This document shows positions 14,255-29,487 of a DNA stretch of 64,000 nucleotides, piece after piece. Every line of letters begins with the position of its first letter. Position 1 is the stretch's first letter. The notes beneath the pieces are model-generated. The model was given only the letters and a program-made list of their open reading frames with translations. It was not told where the DNA came from and searched no databases. This DNA is from Octopus vulgaris (lineage: Eukaryota): NCBI GenBank assembly GCA_951406725.2, contig OX597816.1:34224001-34288000 (forward strand), given 5' to 3'. Made by a program: the position numbers and the translations under genes.

Positions 14255-15229
14255 TATATTCAAAATACATCATAATTATTCTATATTACTGTGTATAGTC
14301 TGTTTTCAAAAGTAGAAAAATATTCAATTCTAATCTGAAGTGAAATTGAAATACCGAATTCGAAATAGCCACGTTGAAATTAATATTTAATTGAATCTGA
14401 ATTTTATTAGTTCATTCATTCCATAAGGTATCGTTCAAGAAAATGTTTCTGCAAACTCATACACCATATTTGAAGTCTATTCGATAAATATTATAGCTTT
14501 TATAGTATTTAGTTTTGGAAGAGTTTTCATTTGAACGTAAAGCACTGATAATTTCGCTGTGTACGAAACGACCGAATGATAAAATCATTAGTAACGGAAA
14601 AGAAATACGATAGACTTCTGTGTTATACAATTTTGAGATAATTAGGCTATGCTCAAATAAATGTGGTGTACAGCGTAAAATTAAATACTATACAATTACG
14701 TCTTCCTAGAATTTAGAGAATTATATTGATATATATTTTTGTCTGCGTGTACATGTGTTTTGAGTTGCCTTTTAAATTAGTAACCAACAGAATGGAGATA
14801 AAAAGGAAATAAATAAAATTGTACTTTGTGAATTAAATTGTGACAGAAACCTAATTTAAAACTGATAATAGTAAATGTTCTGCAAGACGTATACGAAATA
14901 AAGCAATAATTTTAGTCGGTGCCGATATATTTCTTGCATTATCTTTTGGTTATTTTTAGTGTGAATTAAGATTTTTCATTATTAGTAATGAAGAAGTGGA
15001 TGAAAGAATCAGTAAAACGCCATGTAATATTTTTTTTCATCCTTTTCCTTTCTTATTTCGGATTTATTCGTGTTTGAAATTAACAAACACTTGTCAAGTG
15101 CTTTGTATTTACGGTCCCCATCATCTCAAAGTAATGTGGTTGGGCGAACGATCGTAAGGTCACGGATCACCTTCTGAAATTCATTTCATATTACTCTAGT
15201 TCACTGAAATGAAAATTAGTAGCAATAAT

Positions 15230-15440
15230 ACTTTCTTATAGGCACAAGACATAAAATATTGGGGGAGGGGGCTAGTTTAATACACTGGTAAACTACTCAC
15301 CTGGTATTTATTTTCTTCACCCCGAAACGATGAATCGCAAAGTCAACCTCGGAGAAATTTGGTCAGAATTCGTAAAGACACAAAATTTGTGAAAAATTTT
15401 GGCCGGCCCCCTAACGATTCTACCAACTTGCCGTCTTAAT
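15230..15440 (-). mobile_element. Degenerate SINE, family A
   Basis: ctggtatttat...ccccgaaacgatgaatcgcaaagtcaacctcgg...ctaacgattctaccaacttgccg matches the reverse complement of family A. Confidence 0.65.
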
Positions 15441-17700
15441 TAGCAATGATAATAGCTAAGAGTTTAATCCAGGAATGTCAGATATACCGTTCAGTGGCAG
15501 TGTGCCTGGATATCTGAGTCGCTTGAATTTTGCAAAAACCAGGAAAAGCGCCAACATTTAAGCCTTTGTTAATGACATTTTCATTACCTACATGAAATAT
15601 TGAATTTCAGCAATTTAGATTTTTTTTTGTACTGTGTCATAACATTCTGCAAAGAAATCCATGTGGATCAAAGTTATTGTGTTCGTCCCTTAAAGAAAAG
15701 ATATAAATCCTGTTGAACAAATTATTATATCGTTTAGTAAGGGATTTAACATTCTGCCAAGATAAGAGTTCATCTTTGTTTCCTAAAATAACTGCTCGAC
15801 TAAAATCAATTGAATTAGAGTATTTTTATTGGTTAACTTATGTTATCTGTCTTAATGTCAATAGTTAACAGAAGAACGTCATTGATGAAAAAAACCTATG
15901 ATCGTGGTCAATCTGTCTCTGGCGATTCCGTCATTTTCACTAACATTGTAAGCACCACTAATATGTTCGTTTTTTTTTTTTCGTTTCCAAGTGTACAATG
16001 AGATAAAATTGGATATTAACTGGTATTTCAAACGCGCCGAACTGCTACATGATTGGTCATTCATTTGTTCATCAGGACTTAAGAAGGTATTTTATAATTT
16101 ATCCTAAATCATTGCCCAAAGAATTATTAGTACTAATTTTCATCTCAGTTGATAAGTACAACCCGAAATGAACTATTTCGCTGGAGGATATTTATATCTC
16201 TCTCTCTCTCTCTCAGAGCGGGGTCTGCGACCTTACGATCGTTCACGCAACAGCGTTACTGTCAGGGGGTGGGCAACGTAAAAGCAAAAGTCTTGACAAA
16301 TGTTTGTTAATTTCAAACGTAAATATATCTGTAGAAAGAAAGCAAAAAGTTGGAAATAAGTATGACTAAACTATTTCCAGTTGTGGCCATCCCTTCTTGT
16401 TTTGTAAATGCTGCACAATATATTTTAATTTTCCCATACCAATGAAAGTCAATATTATATGACATGAAGGATTTCATCTGCTATTTTTTGGAATTTCTTG
16501 CGACTATGTGTACGTTATTCTTCCTATTCTTATACTTACGACCACCTGACATTGTATGAATGGAAAAAAAAACAACGACAGTTTATGCGATTGTGTATGT
16601 GTATGTGTGTTTGTGCTCTAACATGCGTGTATGTGTGTGCACGGGTGTGTGTTGTGCTATATGTTTTTTATTTTAAATTGTTGTTGTTACAGAGATGACG
16701 TTACTTTCATATATACAACCATATATTCATTTTATATATGTTCAAATACTACAGCTGTCATAACAAGTTAATACTTTTGCAGATACAATTATATTTGCGT
16801 ACATACCGGAAATAGAAAAAAAAATAGAGCAGGTAAAATAATATGAGATAGAAAAAGTTTGTTTACCAAACTCTGTTATTAGCAATTGCTTATTTTTCTT
16901 TTTGTCTTCAATTACAATGAGTGAAATATGTAAAATGAAATAGCTTGAATGCCTATCAATATTACTCAAATCTATTGTTTTTCTTTCTAGTCAATATTAT
17001 AATTAACTGGAGTCTGTAATATGTGACTATTCGATGTTATGTGTTGCAGTCTCTGTGTGAATAAACATCGCTGTCTTTTTTCCAGTATTAAGAAATATGC
17101 TATTTTGACGGTTTCACGCCCCATCATTCTACACATAATGCTCTTCCATACTTCTTTCTATATAATGCATATTGTTGTTCTTTCCTTTCTCTGACCTTCA
17201 TTTACAAAATCAAATGATGCTTTCTTCTCTTTCATTAAGTGCTTCAAGGATTCGAGCTTTGCTTTAGTGGATTTTAAGAACTGAAAAATTACGCTTCGCC
17301 TCAAAGAAGGTTTCTTATGCGGTAATGTAACTTCGGCAAGCTATGAATCAACACGCGCCCGGACACAAACATGCATACAGACTAACACATACAAACACGA
17401 GTGTGCACAGGCAGACACAGTGCCGGACACATATGCATATACTTGCAGTTGTAGTCATGGATGTATGTGTGTGTGCATTTTAATTGCTTTTTTAATAGCG
17501 ATATTAATTTTTAATATATTTATATTAACAATTAATATTTTTGGAATGCAGTACTCGAACCTTTTAGAAGTTTGAAATATTATATATGTTATTTATTATA
17601 ATATATGCATATAATAATTATAATGTTATATCCCGAAAAGATTATGACTATGTATGCATGTAAGAGCAAAACAAAATCATGAACCGTAGCTGTGTGAACA

Positions 17701-18160
17701 GGCGCTCCCGTGGCTGTGTGGTAAGGAGCAACAGACGCAAGTGTGGTTGTGTAGTAAGGAGCAACACGCGCACGCATGACTGTGTTGTTAGAAGCTTGCT
17801 TCCTAGCTACACGATTCCAGATTCAGTCCCAATGCGCATGACCTTGCACAAGTGTCTTCTACTATAGCCTCGAGCCAACCAAAGCGTTATCAGTGACTTT
17901 GGTAATTGGAAACTGAAAGAAGCCCATTTAATAAATGTATATCTATGTCTTTATGTCTGTATTTGTCACACCACCGCCGCTTGACATCCGGCACTGGTGA
18001 ATTCAAGTCTCCTTAGCTTAGCAGTTCGTCAAGCAACACCTGTAGGAAAAGTACTAGGTTTAAAATAAGTCCTGGGTTGATGAGTTCGACTAAAACCCTT
18101 CAAGGCGGTGTCTCAGCAGGGCTGCAGTCAAATGACTGAGCAGGTAACAGGTCAAAGATA
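17701..18160 (+). mobile_element. SINE, family B, with a triplicated 5' head
   Basis: Homology to 7443-7843; three tandem A-box units of about 33 bp. Confidence 0.8.
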
Positions 18161-18455
18161 ATACATAAACATCAGTCTTCAGTTTGTGGGAAAGATATTT
18201 GATGCTGAAAGAGATTTTTCGAACAAGCTATGTCTAGTTAAATAAATTAATGCTTATTATGTGTTTCAAGCAACACCCAAAGTCTGACACATTGATATAG
18301 TGATGTGCCGATAGGGAACAATATAAATTTCAGTATTAAAGTTACGGTAGCAGAAATTATGTATATGTTTTCGAATGATGAACTGATAATAGATTTTTGA
18401 TATTTTATTTACTTCATCACATGACTCAGAAAGCTGAAGATGTATATCTCTAATA

Positions 18456-18543
<88 letters not shown>

Positions 18544-20404
18544 GTAATAGCTTAAAATCCACCAATTTTCGCCAAATTCTTATTTGTGGACTTAGTACTT
18601 ATTGCAAAGCTTCATGATAAACAACGTTTTGTCTTCCTATTTGGGAGTGAGTACAATTTATTTTTTTTGTCTAACCTCTTTCGCTCAGTCTCTCTTGGTT
18701 GATTGTTTTCAAGCATCATCATCAACAGTACCACCACCATCGCCACCACAACTGCCACACACTCACCAATCAAACTTCTCATGCCACCACCATCAACACC
18801 TCTGACTTCGCCGCCTGTCTTTCACATCTCTTACTATCACCGTCATGCTTGACCACCTCAGCTACCATCACCACTACCACCATTATCAACGTGGCCTCCG
18901 CCTCTATCACAATAACAGCTCATACTATTACTCACAATCTCACCCCCTTACCATCTCAACTGTCAACCTACTACTGCTCTCACCTTCTGTATGCCTACTA
19001 TTACTTTCACTCCCACCTCCAGCAAGAGGAGTAGAAGTGTCGTTGAATAGTGAGAGAAGAGGGGTCAAAGTCTGACACACTGACACACAGAAATCCGTTT
19101 AGGCATTTATTATACAAGTATATATATATACATATATATATATACATGTTTGTATGTATGCATGTATGTCTTATGTAAGTATATATATACGTATACTTTC
19201 GCAATATTAACCTTACTGTCTTTAATTAATAAAGCATAACCTATGCGACTGTACGATATCTATATTGATGACATTAATTGTTCTCCTACTATATCTATAT
19301 ATTAAATGTATTCCTTCTCTGGTGAAGTTATTAATTGTAATCCCGCTATATATTTGATAATAATAGCATCAGATTTATCCTCTCAGTATTCATGACATTA
19401 AAACATATTGCTTCTATTTAAAGGCTAAAATGATTGTATTTTCTCTGTTCAAATTTTGTCAAATGTAGAACTCTGCCGTTTATACTACTTATATTACTCA
19501 TACACACTTTCTATTATGACGTGAAATATACTCTTTGTACTTTGATTACCACAACTATTGAACTGGGCTCTTTCAATTTTGACAACAACTGTACACACTA
19601 TTTTGTGATAGCAGTAAATGTGCACTCCATCTTTGTCCCCGTTTTTAATTGAAAGAGCCCGATAGAGAAAGTACTAGGTTACAAAAGATAAATAGAGGTG
19701 TCGATATGTTCGACTAAAACTCTACGAGTTGGTACCTTCTACAAAAGGTAGAATTGTACACGTTTATATGTTCATGCACATAAACAATGTATGTTGATGA
19801 AATCAAGTGCCGAACTGTACGTCCATATTGCAGATATAAAACCTAGATATTCTGATATCAACCGAAGAACTGATGATGCTAACAGTTCTCTTTCTCTATT
19901 GTACACATAAAATGTTCTTCTCATTGCACAACTGCAGAGCTTTACTCCTTTAATATTGATGTATTTATTCCCATTCAGCAATATTTCAAACTGTGTCGGT
20001 GAGTGATTGGTGTAATATATTATATCTAGTTTGCATTACGTTTTTCGTGTATTATGTCTGATATACGACGCATAGAAACATATGTACTCGATAACACGTA
20101 AATATATTACATCGTCTATCTATTACATAGCTACATTTTGCGTCAAGTTTACATCCTATAGCAATATATCTAGAAAATACCACCCATGGTGATTTGGACT
20201 GGCGGAAACGGATTTCACGAAGGAAAGGGAAATCGCTGATGGGCGATGGGAAGCAAACACAAGATCAGTGATGCAGTTAATAGCATAGACTCAGGAGAGA
20301 TTATACATATATATAGACGTGTATATGCGTGTGTGTGAGAGATTTAGTGTAAGTGTTTGCATATGTGCCTGCGTATGTGAGACTGTGTGTGTATGTATAT
20401 ATGC

Positions 20405-20444
<40 letters not shown>

Positions 20445-21122
20445 ATACATACATAAATACATACAGACAATCAGTAAGAAGTGCCTTATGTAAGTCAGAG
20501 TTACCCTTTCAGTAAAGGTGAATTTCACATTAAATTTACTGGTGTTTTGTAAAAGTAGCCAATACCAGTGAGGGGGAGAGCGAAAGAAAGAGAGAGAAAG
20601 AGAAAGAGAGCGTTGGAGAGAGAGATTGGTAGAGATGTGAGTAAGAGAGAAGGAACGAGAGGAAGAAAGAGAAAATGAAAATTGAGCATTTCACAAAGTG
20701 CAAAGGGGTATTGTCCATCCTACCGTAATACCATAAATAAGAAGAGAAAATATGCCTGAATATAAGAGAGAAAGGAAAAAGAAAATACATTATTAATATG
20801 AAAATGTAAAACAAGATAAATTGAATAAGGAGAAAAAATGAGAGACAAAGGTAAAAAAAAAATTAAAAAATTATCCGCAACTACTACATCAGAATTGCCA
20901 GCATCACTGGTCAGAAATTGAATTAATAGGAAGAGGAGAGAATAGCAATGATGAGGTCGGAGATGCATGACGAAACACTGTGACATTTACTTATTTATAT
21001 TACTGTTACGATATTAGTAGTAGTGAAAGTAAGCGTCTATATAAATGCACAAACGTATGCATATATACATGCTCGCACATTTATTCGCACACATAAACAC
21101 ACGCACGCTTATGTGTGTATAT

Positions 21123-21158
<36 letters not shown>

Positions 21159-23144
21159 TGAGAGAGAGAGAGATAAAGAAATAGGGAAATAGATAACTAC
21201 CTACCTAGCAACTTACCTAGCTGCCTACATACATACATAGATACATACATACATAGATACATACATACATACGTACATGCATGGAAAAATAATTTATTCA
21301 TATACATCTGTCGTATTTTCACTAAAATTGACTTTTTTCTGTGACAATACCATGCTCATAGGCTGGTTCATTCATCCAACGTACATCAATGTATAATTCT
21401 GTTTCTAGCTTCTAGGTGCCTTTGGAGGAACCTAATATCCTATAAATATATGGATCATATCTTAAGCCTATGGATTAATGCCTTCATTACTAAATGTGTT
21501 GTAGCTATACTTCGCCCGTGATCTCATTTCTCACCTTCTACTCAAGACATTAATCATTGGTGCTTGTCTCTGATTTGTGTCTAGGACTGCATTGCCTGCT
21601 AAGTACAGCAATAAATATATAGATCAGCGATTGATTTAAATATCTAGCATCAGATGTCAGGAATTCTAAAGTTTAAGTTTGAACACGCAATACCCAATTA
21701 AGTTGCTAGCCAAGGGATTAAAACTCTGAAATACGTAGTTCTGTACATCTCACATTAACGAACATATATTAAACTCTTCACACTTCGAATATTTTATAAA
21801 TGAATGTAGTGCACAATTTCAAATTGATATATCAAAGGATAAACTAAACTTATATAAAGTATCTGCCCATTATCAAACAGTTGCACACTTTCTACGACAT
21901 AATCTTCACACAAAAATGGAATATAGATAGGTAGCAGGTGAGACCATTATTTCCTACACGCTATGACAATTATTGCCTATTAACCAGTTATCAGTGGATT
22001 AAAATTTCTTTCCCATGCATCTGGTTTTGAGAGTATTAGGGCATAAATTATTTTGTTATACGCTGGGTATTTCTTATAGATTCTTCAAATACGTATATAA
22101 AGCATATACATTTGTATTTGTGCTTGTTCTCCACAGTTCGATGTAAAGTGGCGATTTGATTCTATCCCTGTAAATTGAAGGTTCAGACAAAAAGTTTTTT
22201 GGAGTATTTACTATTTGTTTTTAACCAAAAGAAGTACTGGGTGAATAAGTTAAACCCGTCAAGACAGCATCTCAGAAATGACAAACAGTTATATAGTTGA
22301 ACCAAGCAGAAATGACCAGTAGTATGAAAGTGATATCTCTCTTCGAAAACACGAAATGTATAATGAAACGTGTGGGCAAATGCGTACTTCCCGGAGAACA
22401 AACATAAGGGAACCCCCATTCGAAGACTACCGTAAATTCAAATCTGAAAATTTCTTTCACATGATAAGGAAAGGGAAGTCTGTGTCCTTTCAATCCATGA
22501 TGCTATGTCTGATAATGCTAATATAGTGTTGGCCGAAATATCGTATCTCCTGGAGATAAATATCATAGCACTTTGATATTTTGTGCAAAAATTTCAGAAA
22601 TCAGAAAAAGAAAAGAAAATCATCGTGGATGGTAAACATGAGTGTAAAAACATGAGTGGATGGCAGTCTTATCATTGTCTTTCAATATACAGTGGAATTC
22701 ACCTGATGGTGAGGCAAAAATGATATATGGAGCATATGCAACCGATTTGAATCTCCAGGTCACATACTCAGGTTAAGAGAACACTCATATTCGAAAACAG
22801 ATTTCAGATGGAGTGCACCGCACGGGGGATAGAGAGGGGGACCGTAAACTATATGGCTGAGAACTTTAATACCCGACATAACAGAGGCCACACTTGGCCG
22901 GAGTATTGTAAGCCACAGTCACAGAATCCTCTGAATGTGAGGAACTGCTAATACACACGCACACAGAGTTACAGACACACACATTCACTTACGCACGCAC
23001 TCACATATGTATACATATAAATATGTTTTGTTATATCTTTTGTACATCTCACATAGGTATAACAATGTGACAGTCTATACAGTTGCGTAAAATATCGAAA
23101 ATAACAGCTATTATTATGAACGTCATCACTATACCAAATTTGGA

Positions 23145-23360
23145 AGGCATTGATCTGGCAGAACCGTAAGCACGTAGAGCAAAATGCTTAGTGGCATTGA
23201 GTCCGTTTTAAAGACATTCTGAGTTCAAATTCCGCCGAGGTCGACTTTGCCTTTCATCCCTTTGGTTGATAAAACTAAATACCAATTGAGTACTTTAGTC
23301 GATGTAATCGAGCTGTCCCCTCACCCATCAGCTCCTCCGCCTATAGTATAAAGGATTATT
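23145..23360 (+). mobile_element. SINE, family A
   Basis: ctgagttcaaattccgccgaggtcgactttgcctttcatcc is identical to the 9687 copy. Confidence 0.85.
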
Positions 23361-24978
23361 ATATCAAATTTGTCATTGTCGCGTATCATTCTAAAATGCT
23401 TTGATATTCAATATTTCAGTTTGCAACTAATACTGTAAATAAATACATATATCACTATTTGAAACAATCGAACTTAACCAGTAAATCATAAATGATTCAT
23501 AAAGATCGGTATTATATCTATAGTATTATCACTATGAGAGAGAAAAAAACATATCTATGTGAGGTTCTCGTTTCAACTCGTGTAGTTATGTGGTTGTCGC
23601 TTTTTAGACTATACTGAATGCAGTGGTGTTGTTCTTTCACAGAATATATTCAATATTTTACCGACTTATTTCTGCAAAAATATAAACTCATACAATATCG
23701 ACGTCCCTTCTGAAGAATGTAATTGATATTTCTTGTACACTGAACAATCTCTCTTGTGCTCCATGTTTCAGAAGTTATTTGTAATAACAATTTAGTTAAT
23801 ATGATAGTAAGTATAAGGCATAAAAGCTACTTATTTTCCGAGGGCAAGAGTTAACTTAATACAATTTCACAAATTGAAATTTTAGTTCAGATTTAAGTTC
23901 GCGTTTCTATCTCCTTCATGGTTGATTAAATTCAGCTTTTCACATTTTCACTTTATTTCTCTGGTCCAGATATGTAATGTTTGTAATTCTAGTATATAAG
24001 TAATCGACATACGGCTGTTCCTGTGCATTGCTACAAGCGATAACTATCTCTAAATGATATTCTTTACGATATAGATGGAACGAAATCATAATAGAATAGT
24101 GATAAATCCAAATCATAATGACAACATATACATATAGATATCATTGTGGTTTATATACAGTATTAATAACATGCGTTCAACACCAACTATATTCTACACA
24201 GACGCACAACCACATGTACGTACGTATGTTCTGTATGCAAACAGAAACGAATCTGTGTACTCCCTCTTTTTCTCCCTCTCACTCTCTCCCCTCCTTCTTA
24301 CACACTCATACACATAGTCGCATACATAGAAATAGATATAGATATATTTATGTAAGTTATGGCGTGTGTAATGTATTTGCATGCAGCTCCACAGTGTCTC
24401 TCTATATTAACAAAATACATGGATATAGACGCATTGAATACCATCTGTTATGTTATCCTTTAGTATATCTCAGTTTTAGAAAACTCTCCAGTTTGCTGTT
24501 AGTAATTATATTTTGATTGCACCGCAGTGTCTTCCTATAAATTTCCTCGTCTTACTTCCTTTCAACTGCAAAATTTTTAATTGAATTGTACTAGGTTCTG
24601 TTGTAATCGAACAAAATGACAGTTTTATTCAGTATTTATTTAAATACGTTTTATAGAATAAGGTGATTTTCGGTAAGATGCATTTAGAATTGATGGGAGA
24701 CAATATGATTGCGGTTTATACTAAATCAAATTTCTTAACATTTCAACATTTCTATTATCGCTTAATAATCTCCCATCCCTCAAAGAACATTTTACCACCT
24801 GCAGAGAGCATTGGTAACGAGAAAAAAACAACGAAGAAAAGCGTTATATATGTGTATATATATATATATGTCTATAAGTTCAGCAAAATTTACATTCATG
24901 TTACTTAAGTTGAATGCACCAGAATTTGGTATGGTATTATCCATATAAATCAAATGGGTGATTATATATGTATGTATG

Positions 24979-25018
<40 letters not shown>

Positions 25019-25055
25019 CATATACATATATATATATATGTTTTGTATATATAGA

Positions 25056-25119
<64 letters not shown>

Positions 25120-26097
25120 GGTATATATATAACTGTACCAATGCTTATATGCAGAAATAATATTCCCCATTAAAAATAATCAACCTGGTCTTTGTTTCTG
25201 ATATATGTACACGGATCTTCGTAATTTAAAATATTCACACACATATTTAATATATTTTGTATCTCTGAATTAAAAGACATTTACTCACCGAGTTCAAATA
25301 TTGTTTTGTAAAGACTCGTGAGATTGATTTCCATGCGTAGTATCAACAATATCAACAACACCGATCTCTTGTTTTGTCATGACAGAACTTTTGCAATTTA
25401 GTGCAAATTTATATCAGTATCAATATAATTTTGCTATTACAAACATAAAGCTGACGGTCGTGTTTGAATATCTGATAGAGATATGCATATGTAATATTTG
25501 TGATAAGTGATGTTAAATGGAATGTAAACAGAATAAACGCATTTATTGATCTGCGGTGGTGATAGATGTAAATATTAACATGTAAAGATTGAATTATAAC
25601 TCATAACCCAGTGACCTGATTATAATTAATCTGCTAGAGTGAATTATTTTCAGTACTAAAAATCTAAAAGCTTCTGTTTCTTCAATGCTAGAAATGACCA
25701 ACTGGTGTAATCATAGTTCACAATCACTTCCTTACCAACAAGAACCATGTTCGAATGTATATTCATGTGGCTTGGATTAACCTCCTTTACTTCGGTGTGC
25801 TGGCGTGTCATTGACAGTTGAACAAATGACGTGCCTGCTGAATTTGATTTCTCTTCAGAACTGAGGGTTGTGGACTTTATTTTACAAGTGCGCCTGTGTG
25901 CGCGTGTGTGTATATATGTAAATATGTGTACATGTATGTGTATATATAAATATGTATGTATGCACAAATATATCTATCTATCTATCTCTCTGTCGCTATA
26001 TATATATATATATATAATATACATAAAACATAAGTATATGCATATATAAATACATATATGTACATACCTACATATATATGTATATATACATGCATCT

Positions 26098-26617
26098 ATG
26101 GGTACAGGACATCAAAAAGACGTTGAACACAAGGAGCAACGAAAATATAAAAACAAAAACATAGAAACGAACATTTTTTCAAACAGTGAAAAAAAAACAG
26201 AGAACGAGACATACAACATACAGAATTTCCCCTTTCTTCACTTGTCCCCGTTTCATCTATTCCGCTTTGTTGAATCAGTCCTTCCCGCGAAGGAAATTAA
26301 ATAAAATTTGGGATTTTTTGCAGAGGGTGAAAGTGGTAACAAAAACAAGACAGTGAGAACAAAACAGTAAAACAAAAGAAAAGTAAAAAACAGTAAAAGA
26401 CAGGGCAATGAGAACAAAACAGTAAAAACAAACGATGAGGGATGTTAAACCAAGGCGATGGAAAAATTATTCTGAACGCTTTAAGGAGACGAGTTAATGA
26501 AGGGATAGTATAAGCACGTTTAGTATTTGCGAAGATAGTAGTCGGAAAGATGGATTCCATCTGATCACGTTTCAGCGACGAGAGATTCGAGGAAGAGGAG
26601 TGAGAGAGAGGGAACAT
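26098..26617. mobile_element. Interspersed repeat inserted in microsatellite (possible PLE terminal-repeat region)
   Basis: Clear homology to 40314-40671 with the same left boundary; both copies abut TA-type tracts. Confidence 0.65.
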
Positions 26618-26960
26618 ATATATATATATACGCAGAATAAGAGAAGGTAGAGAATGCTAAAATAGTACTAGCATGAAATACATTTGGGACGGTTAAGTAG
26701 CGGTTTCAATCTTCTCGAATTTTTCAACTAAGACTAAAACAAAAGTAGATATGAATTAGCAAGAAAAACAATTAAATTGACGAAAAAATTAAATTAAATG
26801 TTTTGTAAATATTTCCATAGTCGGCAAATAGGTAGGCCATGTTCCTTTTTTCTGTCTGTCTGTCTGTTTGTCTCTCTCTCTCTCTCTCTCTTTTCTTTCG
26901 TGAAAGCTTTCTATGTAGCAACGGATCTCAAAAACAGCGTTTATGCGTGCAGGGAAACAT

Positions 26961-27028
<68 letters not shown>

Positions 27029-27107
27029 GGCGATGGCCTCATGGAGCTAATAAGCGGACAGCTTTTTTCTTATTTTTATAAGAATGCCATATTAGTATGG
27101 CGATAAC

Positions 27108-27285
<178 letters not shown>

Positions 27286-29159
27286 TATACATATTTGTGT
27301 GTGTATATGTGTGTCTGTGTTTCCTTGTTTGTGACCTACCTCAAGTTGACAAAAGATATCAACTTGCTCACGTCCAGGCCGGTAGAATCAGGACCAGGCT
27401 TTAAAAGATCATAGATCATACATTCCTTTCATATTTAAAAAATAAATGCGTGTAATCAACTGCATCCATTGGTGAGGCTCTACTTCGGAAGATCTTGAGT
27501 TGTGCAGAACTTGCTGGCAGGCTTCGATTACCAGTACACCCAGATCCATTCTCATCCCAGAACTGTTGCACCTATTTGGGTCACATGTATGTGTTAAACA
27601 GATCATGTAAGGGTAAATCCAGCTCCTCAGCTGCAGAGAGAGCTCTCAAACTAAGAGAAGAAAAACTCCAAAATTAATTCACACCTACAACATTCCCTAC
27701 GCTGGCTCGGCAGCGTATTGCTGATGAAACCAATATCAGGCATGTCTAATTCCATCGTTTAATACTATGGAGGAAGGTGACTCATGGTAGTACGCATACT
27801 ACAGCATGTGCAGATAGTGGGACACGGTGATGACGTGATTGTGATGATGGCATTTTTTGTCGGAATGATGGTGGAACATGACGAGTATAGTAGATGTAGT
27901 TCTAGTCTTGGAGATGAGGATTGTGTCCATCGTGGTAATGGTAGTTTTAATAGTGTTGTTGTTATGGTAATGCCAGAATGTTACATGTGATGTAGGTGTC
28001 AAACTAATTAACCCTAACACTCTTAAAAAAATATAAAACGCACATTCATTTCAGTATTTTACCATTATCTCAACCTTGCAAAGTGTTTTCTTGTTTCCCA
28101 CCTACGCTTTCTCTACACATCAACGCCATTTCCACATACACAGCCCTCAACACAACCCCTACTCATACATACGTTAACACCAACTCTCATACGTACATTC
28201 ACACACCTTAACTTTTCTATCTCTCTGACAATCCTGAATACAATAACACAATCAGAAACACTTACCTACACACAGCATCATATTACCGTTTACATACCAC
28301 CAGTAACTACCACCTGCTCATTTATACCTATACAGATACACACACATATACATATCGCCATTCCTCTACAGTTATGCTTTCCCGATAATTAGACACATAC
28401 ACAAGAACATTCTAAAACAACTGTTACGTTTTCACTCACACACATACGCGCACTTTCACACGCACTTCTTTTCTACATGCCACATGCTTCTCCTTTCGGC
28501 TACTACCATTCTGCTTGACCACACTTTTCACATGTGCTCCGAAGCCGAATATTTAAGTCGCTGGCTCACGCAAAATCAAATTCACACATGAACGCCCTCA
28601 CACATACACATACACAGACACACGCACACATACACATTATCACGCTCTCTCATTCTTCTCCCATTCTTCTCATAGCTTTACCTCCCTTCCTCATCATTCT
28701 TCTAGCAAGCACATTTTAATCTACGGTAGGGTTTTCCCTCGACTCTTCCAAAAGACACATGTGAACTGAACACTCTTTGTCCATCTTATTCATTTCAGTC
28801 CTTGCGACCTGTACAACGTTTGTGGTTTTTGGATTCTCCACATCTTGTGCTACTCAGGACATTCTGATTACCTATCTTCTATTGCGAAGCCCGTAACGTT
28901 CGTTACGTATTTACACAACCTGTTATTACATTCCACGTTTTATAATGTTACTACTTTTCGTTCATTAGTTTGTCATCAATGAAGATTTTCATAACCTTGG
29001 ATTTACACTTGTTGACTACACATTTAACAGGTTTTCTGTTGAATTTTTCTCCCTCTCTTCTATGTAAAACCACAGGGTCATGTGCACATGTTTTGTGTGC
29101 TGTGTGCATGTGTGTGCATATATGCATAAGTATTCTCTCACAGACACGCGCTTATACAT

Positions 29160-29387
29160 ACTCACTAAACGAATTGAAGGCATGGCTGCTCTCGATTATT
29201 GGGATCGTCTTAAAGCCTTGAAACTTTACTCCCAGCAGCGTCGGCGTGAGCGGTACATCATTTGTACAATATGGAGAATATACCGCCAACTTTGCCCAAA
29301 CGACCTTAACATTAGCTTCAAGGTTCATCCAAGACTGTGACCATGGGCTATACGTCCCCTGCCCAATTCAAGATCACAACATACATG
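29160..29387 (+). pseudogene. LINE (CR1/L2/Jockey-group) ORF2 C-terminal fragment
   Basis: LTKRIEGMAALDYWDRLKALKLYSQQRRRERYIICTIWRI matches the post-RT motif Y.ERL..L.L.SL..RR.R. Runs into the gap. Confidence 0.8.
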
Positions 29388-29487
29388 NNNNNNNNNNNNN
29401 NNNNNNNNNNNNNNNNNNNNNNNNNNNNNNNNNNNNNNNNNNNNNNNNNNNNNNNNNNNNNNNNNNNNNNNNNNNNNNNNNNNNNNN
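29388..29487. other. Assembly gap (100 N)
   Basis: Run of N. Confidence 1.

Noticed and set aside
17680-17800. CRISPR-like array
   Set aside because: Eukaryotic context and no unique spacers; these are tandem SINE heads.
22680-22780. RTE endonuclease-like WNSPDG motif
   Set aside because: An isolated motif without support from neighbouring sequence.
25656-25890. Possible host exon (non-repetitive open frame)
   Set aside because: No recognisable domain and no convincing splice context.
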